NCBI GenBank assembly: GCA_032718475.1
Contig: JAUCBJ010000081.1
Span: 1-43,821, forward strand
Length of the DNA: 43,821 nt
Reading direction: 5' to 3'
Source of the DNA: Nemertoderma westbladi
Lineage: Eukaryota; Animalia; Xenacoelomorpha
Each line of letters starts with the position of its first letter. The stretch's first letter is position 1. Below are positions 34,437 to 43,821 of this stretch, one piece after another. A program made the translations under genes and the position numbers. The notes below the pieces were generated by a model, which saw nothing but the letters and a program-made list of their open reading frames with translations, had not been told where the DNA came from and did not search any database.

Positions 34437-34976
34437 TGTGACGGGATCCAGGAGGGATCCCGGTTTATCCGGTGTTAGTTCACGCGTCCCCGCCGTGTGT
34501 GAAGAGTAAATGAAAATGAGTAAATGAGTTCGCGTCCTTCGTTGTATATAATGATCGGTATAAAGATATAGATATAGGTTGTTGTACACGGAAGGCGGGA
34601 TACGGTAACTAAAGTCCCGGTCCTTCCCTAGCTAAACTATCTAACCTAAACTGGCACTAATATTGCACTGAGATAACTGAACTGATATGATTACTGCCAA
34701 GTGGCTATATTGCACGGTTGGCCTTGTTACTCTACCTAATCGATGCCTTTCCCCCCTCTGATTGGTTGATACCCTTGTTGGCGCCCTTTGGAGTGTTCCC
34801 GTTCACTCCACCTGTTCTCTCTGGGTTAGGGGTTTGGCCCCTGACCCTCATTGTGTGCTTCTCCTTCCCATTCTTATTGGGGTGGCACGAGTTGGTTGAT
34901 TACCCAATCTCGTGGCCCCCAATATTGCTTATCGGCTTAACTTTATGGGGTGTTAGCGGGATTGAATAAGCTAACA
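34437..34976 (-). repeat. 5' LTR of element B
   Basis: TGTGAC...GCTAACA; matches the A LTRs except in the U5-side ~140 bp. Confidence 0.93.
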
Positions 34977-36450
34977 CAGTGGATAGTCGATCTGTTCTGT
35001 TTCATTCCGGCCGATGGCTGTAGCGTATAGAGCCGCTTTTAACTCCGCTCGTGGAACTTTCAACTTGTTGTTTATCAAGGCCTTAGAGGTAACCAAGGCA
35101 ACCTTAATTCCATCCGGAGTTTCAACTCTCAGGTAGGCTACTATACCTATTCCCATGTCGCTAGCATCTCCAAACACATGGAGTTGATAGGAGTACGTGG
35201 GGAGAACATGACCAAAATATGAACGGGAAATTATAAAGTTCTCGATGGATGGTAGAGAATCTTCCTATTTCATCCATTTCTTTAATAGTTCTCCCTTAAG
35301 TGGATCGTCCCATGAGTGGTTTTCAAGCCACATTTGTTGTACTAAACTCCGAGCAATCAATATAACTGGGCTAATAAATCCCAATGGATCGAAATAAGTG
35401 CTCAGGATACTTAGACAAATCCGTTTAGTCCGAACTGGATTATCTCGCTGTTTTAGCTGGAAAAACAGGATATCTCTCTCTGTGTCCCATTTCAAACCAA
35501 GCGTCTTGGTTTCTGGAAGATCATCCTTGATAAGGTCTAGATCTTTAACTCCTCGGTCTTCTACCGGGATCGATTCCAGAAATTCACGGGAGTTGCTGGT
35601 GAATTTAGTTAATCGAAATCCACCTCTTTTCAAGCACTCTACCGTTCCTTTGGCGACATCAATGGCTTCTTCCACCGATGGGAGGGACTTTAAATTGTCG
35701 TCCATGTATATATCCCATTTGATGTTGTTGATAACCTCTTTGGAGAAGGCGTCCCGGTTGTCATCAGCAGTGGTACCCACTACTGAACAGGCGTTTGAAG
35801 GGCTCGAGATGATCCCAAAAGCCTGGATGGTCATCCAGTACTCCACCGGTTTCTGGTTGAGGACTCCGTCAGGCCACCACAGAAATCGTAGGCTGTCTCG
35901 ATCTCTATCCAGCGCCTTAACTTGTAAGAACATGCCTTCTATATCGGAGGCGAAAGCGATTGAATATTGTCGTAATCTTAAGAGTATTCCCAACAAGGAT
36001 TGGAGTAAGTTGGGTCCTGGCAACAACTCGGAGTTAAGGGATTGGCCCATGTAGAGGGCGGAGCCGTCAAATACTACCCGGACTTTGTTGGGTTTACCGG
36101 GTTTGGGAACGTAATGATGTGTTAAATAGTACGTTCTCTCAGTTATGGGTGTTCCTTCCGGTACTCGCTCCGCATATCCCTTGTCAATGAATTTCTTCAG
36201 CTGGGTCTTGTACATCTCCTTAGCTGAAGCATTTGCCGTAAGGCGTCGATGTAGTTGCGCAATTATCTTCTCCGCCAAGGGTCGGTTGTTTATAAAATTG
36301 GGTTCTCGCCGTCGGAAAGGCAGACCAATCTCATACCTACCTTGATCTTTAAGAAAACGTGTAGTTGTTTCCTGTATATGCTTGGCTCTTTCTTCTTCTA
36401 CCGATAGGGCCTTATCGTAGGAATTGGGCTCTACAGCCTCTTGAGTAAAG
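34977..36450 (-). pseudogene. pol: Element C reverse transcriptase and RNase H (premature stop at 35265)
   Basis: KVRVVFDGS, SLNSELLPGPNL, DIEGMFLQV, LRFLW, FGIISSP, IYMDD, GGFRLTKF, KTLGLKW, FDPLGF, FGDAS, PRAELKAA. Confidence 0.93.
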
Positions 36451-36452
36451 AA

Positions 36453-38940
36453 TCATACGGCGTGTTCATCACGAGTCTTCGCGTTGTAGCGATCTATCAC
36501 GTCATTCAATTCGTCGTTGTAGTCAACTTGTCCTGCTGGATGAATGAGGTGACATAGGTTCACTTGGTTTTGCCAAGTTTCATTTTCCGTAAGGCGGTCG
36601 ATGGTATTCTCCTCGTCGAAGAGTTGGTGGATATCGTCATTATCTGAGGAGTATGGGGTTCCCTCAGGTGGGTTGTCTCCCTCACTGATCTCCTCTTCCC
36701 ATTCACTCACCTGGTAGACTCGTTCTTTGGGTAGCCTTTCCATGAGAGTTCTACGGGAAGGTCCAGTAAAGTACCAACCTACTCTAGTTCTTCCCGCATA
36801 GGTTTGCAGTGGTTGCGGTTGAGCAGGCCATTTTTCCAATGTCTCAAGCGCCTCATGCGCATTTTGGCCGATGAGTATTTGCACTCCAGGGTAATCTGTG
36901 TTGAATCTAGGTATCTCATGCTGTTGGGTGAAATCGTCCTCATCCCAGTTATAAGGTCCCACTTGGCTGGTAGCGAAGTTCTTTATCGCCACCATTTTTA
37001 CTGACCTTATACTGTGTTCTCCTAGTTCATCCTGGGGGGTGGACAACGCGCCTACATAGTAGTCTGTAGTGACTGTGGATTTCCAAACCTGCATAATTCC
37101 TGACATGTTCAACTTAGTTTGGAACTTGGGTTGTCCAGCAAAGATGTCTTCGGCTAGTTCTTTGTCGATGAATGTTCCTGTGCTGCCAGAGTCAAGGAGG
37201 GCGTTCACTATATAACTCTTTTCTGACCCGTGGACTCTCAACTGCACTACGGGAAATTCTCGGATTCCTACGTTGGAAGTTGGTGCTTTCCAAGATGGTT
37301 GTCGGTCAGGAGTAGTTAGCGGGAGCTCACTATCTGTTTCCTTCTCATACGTAAGTGCTCGATACACTGCGGTGTTTATTAGATAACAGGATTCGTTTTC
37401 GTCGGAGAATTCATCCGTGTAGAATCCTTCCATCTCAGAACTGTGGTCAGTGTCGTTCACATCACTGAATTGGACATGTAGTTCGGGCTCACTTACCTGA
37501 CTCGTGCGGGTTCTTTCAAATTCTGTGTGCAGCAAGATATGATGTTTCGCGCCGCACTTAGCACACCTAGCATCTGAGTAACAGGTCCGCCGTTGGTGTC
37601 CTCGTCTGAGACAATTATAACACAACCGCTTATCCCACATGACATCACGTCTATCCTTTAGGGATTTCTTTAAGAATTCATCACACCCACTCAAGCGATG
37701 GGGCCCGTCACACAATACACATTTGGGCTTGATGTTACTTACCTTACCTTGTGTGGTGTTGTGCACACTTGTTCTCTCCTCGGGCTTTCTTCCATGAATT
37801 CTCTTAGGAGACGTGGGAGGAGTTTTTGTTGTCTGTTCTCTCCTGTCACTGGTTCGAGACTTAAATTTACTTAGGTCTTGAGGTGCGTTGTTGACATAAT
37901 AAGATCTTTCGGTGTCTTTCCCGCTGTTCTCCTCGTGGGAGGTTTGGCTTTCACCGTCGTCTGTATAACACACTGGTGTTACCTTTCTCCTAGAAACGGG
38001 TTTTTCACTTACCTCACTTTCAGGAGTCTTCTCTCTAGACTGTTTTAGGAGTTGTAATCTTACCTCTCGGTTAAAGAATGACAGAAGGTCGGTCATGGTT
38101 GGATCTCTATGTTGTTGGTCCATCAAATAGAGAACCCTTTTGTCCCAGCGAGTACCTACTTCACCCTTTGGCAAAGCTGATGCTAAGGCTCCTACAACCA
38201 TGGAATTCTGGTATTCATGAGACTTACCCAACCAGTCTAATTGTCTACAGATCTCCTGAATCTCATCGGAAAACTCTATAATCCCGCTGCTAAGGAACTT
38301 TCGGGGCGCTACTAATTTCGCATACAAATACCTAGCTATGTTTGTCCTATTACCATACCTGATGTTTAGTGTATCCCAAACTTGTCTTAATCCATCTGGA
38401 TGTCCAATAAACTTTAACGCCATTAACTTGGGAGATTCTTCCAAGCACTCGATGAGGAATCTAAGTTTCTCTCCGTTAGATAGCACAGAGTTCTGTATGT
38501 TATCTTTGTAATATTCATTAAAAGGTAACCATTTCATCTCATCTCCATTGAACTTGACGATCTCTCCCACCTTTACCGCTTGACGGGCTTCGGTTCTAGC
38601 CATTTGACGCGTAAAACTTTCTTGGGCCATCGTATTATTTAATATCAAGTTATCGGCATATAAATTTCTCGGATTATTATCAGGTCTATATGGAATATCA
38701 TTGTCAACAGGTTTATAATTACCCTTAATAGGGTTTACTATAGGAGTTTCTACTTCACTAGCAGTATAGATGCGTGTAGGCTCCACACCTTGCGCATGAA
38801 ATACTTCAGACCTAATAGGTTGACACATTGTTACAGGGGGTGGTGGTATACCCTTTTGTGTATTTACTAATTTATCGCGTTCTAACGCGATACTCTGCTG
38901 CACTTCTTGCAACTCTAACCTACTTTCCCTTACTGTTCCC
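36453..38940 (-). CDS. gag: Element C Gag (DUF1759-like, 3 knuckles) and aspartic protease
   Basis: KFNGDEMKWLPF, EKLRFL, CVLCDGPHRLSGC, CYNCLRRGHQRRTC, CAKCGAKHHILLH, ALLDSGSTGTFI, ILIGQN, TRVGWYFTGP. Confidence 0.92.
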
Positions 38941-40755
38941 TTGAACAGTCTCCTGCATCTGCCCGAGCAGGAGATCCATCCCCCGCCGTCCCTCATCCAC
39001 CCACTCGACCGCCGAAGCGGGAGCCGCCAACATAGTAGCGGGTAGACGAGGGACAACGGGCGACAAATCGTTGATATTTCGCTCGGAGTCCAGGACAGGA
39101 ACTGTCTCAGGGGCGGTTCTGCTGGGCACAGGTAGTTTAGTGCTGTGCAAAGGGAATTTAGAGTTCGGTTCTGGAAGTACAGTGGTCTCTATTACAGAGG
39201 GAGTGGCTTCGAGAACAGGCCTAATTATTTCAGGTTCATCCACTATAGTAGGGAGTGTTTCTACTCTAATAATTTGGTCTGTGGGTTCTATACTACCTAA
39301 GTCTGCTCTAGCTAGTTGCCTTCTCACAGCTGGGGGCAAATCAGGCAATTTCTGACGGTGGGGCATTCTTCTACGCCTGCTGGGACGAGATCTATTTCCT
39401 CCGCCTTCAGGATCTGTTGTATCGCCTTCATCCGATGATGTAAAGTCCTGTCTTTTGGGAGTAGATCGACTTATCATCTGCATCTGACTAGCTGTTATCT
39501 GTTTATTTAGGTAATCTTGCTTCTCCTCAAGATTTTCCAACTCTAGTTGGGTGGTCTCTTCAGACGCCCTCCGTTCTGCTTCTGCCACTGCTACCTTTCT
39601 TTCCGCTTCTGCCGCTTTTCTTTCCGCTTCTGCCGCTGCCACTGCTGCTTTTCTTTCCACTTCGGCCGCTTTTCTTTCCACTTCGGCCGCTTTTCTTTCC
39701 GCTTCTGCCGCTGCCACTGCCGCTTTTCTTTCCACTTCTGCCGCTGCCACTGCCGCTTTTCTTTCCACTTCGGCCGCTTTTCTTTCCGCTTCGGCCGCTT
39801 TTCTTTCCGCTTCTGCCGCTGCCATTGCCGCTTTCCTTTCCACTTCTGCTGCCTTTCTTTCCGCTTCTGCCTCTGCCGCTACCGCTGCTGCTGTCTTTCT
39901 GTCTTCTATACGTTTTTTCTTTACTTGTTCTTCTTGAACCCTAGCGATGCGGATGCTTTCATCAAATTTAGCTTGGTTCGCAGCTAACATTTCCGCATCT
40001 ATTGCGTCCAGCACAAACTTGGCTCCTTCACTATTAGGACGAAGTCCAGCCAGCCTTCTCCTCAACTCTTCGTCACCTAGAAATCGTTGATAGTCTGACA
40101 GATAGATGTCAATAGCGTCCTTCTTCTGTGGTTTCTCTGCTGTCGCTTCGCTTTCCACTTGAGAAAAGGTAGCGTCTGTTGATTCTCCGTGGGTTGAGCG
40201 CTCAGCCAGCTGAAATTTCCACTGGGCCGTTCCTTGAACCTTGAGACCCACCCGCTGGAACCAAGTCTTTACGGCAACTTGCAACGACGTGTCTTGTCTT
40301 CTTTTCATAGCTTCCTCAAAGGCCGATAGGATTAGTCTGATTCTTAGAATTCTTTCTCGAACTTGATAAAGCAGCTCTCCCTGCTCTTGAGGTCCTTGAG
40401 GTTGTTGAAACAGTTGTTCCTCTAATCGCTCCAAAGAGCTGAAGAATCCCTGTACATATCCTGCTGCCGACCTCTTCCACACAGCTGGATCACTAGTGTC
40501 TTTTGTCACTCCCATCCTGTGTAAGTCCTCCCAGGCAGCTTCCGATAAGTTAAACGGGAGTCCGGGTCCGGGGAAGTTCCATTGCGTCTCGACAATAGAC
40601 TTCAGTTCCTCCCTTGTGTATCCCGCATAACTGTCCTTGGTCAATCGCTTACTTCTCGCCCAATCGATTTGGTGTTCCTCCACCGCAATCAATACCCTAG
40701 TGAGTACGGCTGCAGGAAGAATGAGAAGGGGATTCGAATAAACTGCATCTGCCAT
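38920..40755 (-). CDS. Element C ORF1 or Gag N-terminal coiled-coil protein, 611 aa
   Basis: Long open frame with (AE[A/V]ERKA) 7- and 11-aa repeats at about 39560-39900. Confidence 0.8.
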   Translation of the reverse strand: MADAVYSNPLLILPAAVLTRVLIAVEEHQIDWARSKRLTKDSYAGYTREELKSIVETQWNFPGPGLPFNLSEAAWEDLHRMGVTKDTSDPAVWKRSAAGYVQGFFSSLERLEEQLFQQPQGPQEQGELLYQVRERILRIRLILSAFEEAMKRRQDTSLQVAVKTWFQRVGLKVQGTAQWKFQLAERSTHGESTDATFSQVESEATAEKPQKKDAIDIYLSDYQRFLGDEELRRRLAGLRPNSEGAKFVLDAIDAEMLAANQAKFDESIRIARVQEEQVKKKRIEDRKTAAAVAAEAEAERKAAEVERKAAMAAAEAERKAAEAERKAAEVERKAAVAAAEVERKAAVAAAEAERKAAEVERKAAEVERKAAVAAAEAERKAAEAERKVAVAEAERRASEETTQLELENLEEKQDYLNKQITASQMQMISRSTPKRQDFTSSDEGDTTDPEGGGNRSRPSRRRRMPHRQKLPDLPPAVRRQLARADLGSIEPTDQIIRVETLPTIVDEPEIIRPVLEATPSVIETTVLPEPNSKFPLHSTKLPVPSRTAPETVPVLDSERNINDLSPVVPRLPATMLAAPASAVEWVDEGRRGMDLLLGQMQETVQGNSKGK

Positions 40756-41204
40756 CTTTGCTCCGCGCTCGGGTGTCAGTCTACAGTATCCGAACTACTG
40801 GGGCTGTCGGGCCGCTGAAAAATAAGTTCTCGGCTCGGGTGTTGCTGCTGTTTGACAGCTGCTTCTTGATCCCGCTTGACTTGAGCCCGAGTGCCTATGA
40901 TAGACCTATGGTGTTGGACTAGCCTAGGGTCTGATACTACTACTGGAGGGATGATCTTTCTTACAGTAGGAGGTGAGTTGAACTTCGGTCTCAAACGTTC
41001 CGCACTCCTATCTGGGTCACAGATGGTTGTATCTAGGAGACTGTCTGGCAGGTTTTGCTTTGTGTCAGACATTTTGTTTGTACAGTTGAATGCCTACTGC
41101 TATAATTACAGTTAAAGCAAGTCTAGTAATTCAGTATCAACTGTTAGCCTAGTAATTAATTACCGATATCGTTACTCAATGTAATGTGATATATATACAA
41201 TATA

Positions 41205-41465
41205 TTAGAATACCGGTATACACTTTAGCATATATAAGTATTATTACGGATCGGATATTAGGGTTCGTCACAGAATACCGGTATATAATTTCAGCGCAAA
41301 TATATAGATATATAATAAGCCTACCGTGAATACCGGTATACAGCTTACACTTATAGTATATATAAGTATAATGATAGACTAGAATTAATTACAGAATACC
41401 GGTATATAATTTCAGCTTAAATTTATAGAAATAAATATAATAAGCCTATCGTAAATACCGGTACA
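41205..41465. repeat. Five AATACCGGTA motifs at ~60-bp spacing in the 5' UTR of C
   Basis: Motif at about 41210, 41275, 41330, 41395 and 41455; ~120-bp higher-order duplication. Confidence 0.75.
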
Positions 41466-42937
41466 TCAATTATTTTAGAATAATTGAATTTCTGAATTTT
41501 TAGGGTTACTTAGTTACTTTACTTTACTTTATTACCATTATTTAAGCAGTAGTCCAACTGATATTAAGACCTAATTGTTGTATGACAGGCCTACTATTTT
41601 ATAAATCGTTTGAGTTGATTTATAATATATATACCCGCTTGATGGGTTTTTTGACAATATTTGAAATAAATGTTATTATTTCTGGGAAGGAGTCACTACA
41701 CAGAAGCTGTACGCTCTCAGTGAAGTGCTACTTGTTGGACACTAAAACAAATAATTCTACTAGCCTAAGTTACTTATTACTACAAATTACGTACAATACG
41801 GGGTGAGATTACAATCTCTAAATAAACACAAAAATTACACGTACGAATTTTTAGGGTTAATTTTACAGGGAATCTACAAACCAGCTTTACAAGGAGTTAG
41901 AATCTCTGGTTATTACAGACGGACAAGATACTACGGTATTTGAAAATAATAAAGCAGTAGTAAATATATTGCGTTGTCTAGATAGGAAAATACCACCGTC
42001 TGACGACTTATAGCCGTAGCGCTATAAGTACTACATTATGTACCCGGAGTGTTCCACCTAGAAGTTAATTACCGCAGCCTACTATAGCTAATGTGCCTTC
42101 GGAAAGCACTGTACACTAAACCCTAAATTAGGTACAAGTACTTATACAACAAATAACCAGCAGTTAAAAATACTTGTACAGCTAAAAGAACCACGGTATC
42201 TGCCGGAGTGACCAGAGCATAAAATCACCAGTCTTTACCTACGCCAAACAGTCCTGATGTAGTACCGGGGTTAATTTAACTATAACGGTATGTATAACAA
42301 GCACAATTACTGTAGGAATAAACTTGGGGTTGTGAATGTTGCGAATAATCGCATAAACTCTGAATAATAAATATTACGCTACCCGTACAGACTACACAAA
42401 CAAAATACAGACCAAATGCTGGCAGACTACTATCAAGCCTAAATAAACTACAGTATATACAGACTCCGAAATGGTTAGTTAGTATGCATTCTAACCGAGT
42501 AGTACGACTTATTCTTTCGGGGGGGGGGGGGGGGGGGATTTACCTTACAGCACTGGATGCCCCCACATTCCTAACTAGTACTTTATCGGACATACACTCT
42601 ACACACACTGCAATCTTTTCGGACCTGACAACAGCCAGACAACAATCCAGCTTACAAATTACCTGTACAATCTGAGCAGGCTTACACGCCTTCTGCTCAA
42701 TATTAACTTACAAATAAATAAAACTGACAGAAATAAATAAGCTCCAAAAGAAACAAGGGGTGTACAGTCCCTAATCTCTTAAACAGCCTACCAATATACA
42801 ATATCACAATCGAAATAATACTAGTACCTGTACTGCTGTAAGTACCGGTTCAGGTGGTTAGGTAGTTAGGCCTACTGGTTACCGGTCGACCGGTACTTTT
42901 GCCTTTATTGCCTATGTTGCAATAAAGAAATTATAAC

Positions 42938-43821
42938 TGTTATTGTTCATGCTTTTAGACCTTTAGCAGTTTAACCTGCCAAATTTAGGTGTCTTCTAGG
43001 TTATAAATTGACTTTAGCCTATAACAAGTATTTGATACACATAAAGTTACATTAGCCGAAGCCAGCCTATGCGCGATCATTCACCCACGGTTAAGGGAGA
43101 CTGGATTCGGATGCTCTGACCTTATTGCGGTGTAGACTTACTGCATTATTCGATTGCTCGTTACTATAATATCTCTGACAAATATTATTCACTTTCGGGA
43201 AATATTAACAGTTCCTTTAGGACGTGGCGCTCTAAGTATGTAAACAGAGTTATGACTTACACTAAACACAATGGGATGGCTATTGATTTTCGTATAAGGC
43301 GCATTCTTTAGGAAATGCTTTGTTATCTATCACACTCATGCACACTACCGCACACTGCTGCACACTGATCTGCCGACCTTCACTAATTTTAATCATATAT
43401 AGGGAGAACAGCAACTGACACATGTAGGGTCTATGAAATAGCATTCAATTCACTCCAAAACCACTATAATGTAAGTCGCAATTGCTACAGGTAACCGGTC
43501 TCTCTAACCTTCAGTATATCAAGAAGATTGGGGTTTTATGATCGTTTATCGATATTCTCAAAATATAATAACATAGCCATCAACTGATAACAATTAATAA
43601 CCGACAGTAAATAGCAGTAAAATAATGCGGTGAAAGGTATGTATGGTATGATATGGGCTGATAACAGTTATACGTTTCTATGATCATAGCCGTTCTAATG
43701 TTTGGCTAAAGTCTGAAACACAGAATAATTCCAAAGCCGATGTTCTGGGCTCAGGGAAAAAGGTAAACAAAGACCATAATGCATTGCGCGATTTCCCGGA
43801 GGCTTCTGTGCAAATAAAATG
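42938..43821 (-). repeat. 5' LTR of element C (cut by the window edge)
   Basis: Starts TGTTATTG; matches 20400-21283. Confidence 0.9.

Larger units (their letters stand above)
24891..34976 (-). mobile_element. Element B: sister copy of A; 3' LTR, RT and exonuclease deleted, integrase retained
   Basis: Collinear with 4035-15021; inserted in the RNase H of C; left junction at GTCCCT. Confidence 0.92.
20400..43821 (-). mobile_element. Element C: second-family BEL/Pao LTR retrotransposon (5' LTR runs off the window), interrupted by element B
   Basis: Direct repeats at 20400-21283 and 42938-43821 enclose Gag-PR-RT-RH, then B, then IN remnants and an extra ORF, all on the minus strand. Confidence 0.88.

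Noticed and set aside
38920-38932. G_GGA_AAG -1 slippery site before the ORF1 stop of C
   Set aside because: The Gag frame is +1; the -1 frame hits a stop within a few codons.

Overview
Eukaryotic, probably invertebrate, repeat-dense DNA with no recognisable host gene. It is a nest of retrotransposons. (1) A decayed + strand CR1/L2-group LINE was interrupted by a 5'-truncated RTE LINE with a 137-bp target-site duplication and a (TAG)8 tail. That RTE was in turn interrupted in its last codons by a complete 11.8-kb BEL/Pao LTR element A (3202-15021, TSD CTCGG). (2) A second BEL/Pao family, element C (about 20400 to the window end, about 1.18-kb LTRs), carries a deleted sister copy of A (element B, 24891-34976) inside its RNase H. 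Main highlights: family A/B has, in the env position, an extra ORF of about 850 aa with a DEDD(y) WRN/EXD/Mut-7-like 3'-5' exonuclease and three CCHC knuckles, preceded by an array of about 20 mini-hairpins. Neither BEL family has a canonical tRNA primer-binding site; in both, the PBS position is the reverse complement of a sequence inside the element's own LTR, suggesting Tf1-like self-priming. All domain calls are by eye from motifs, not from database searches.
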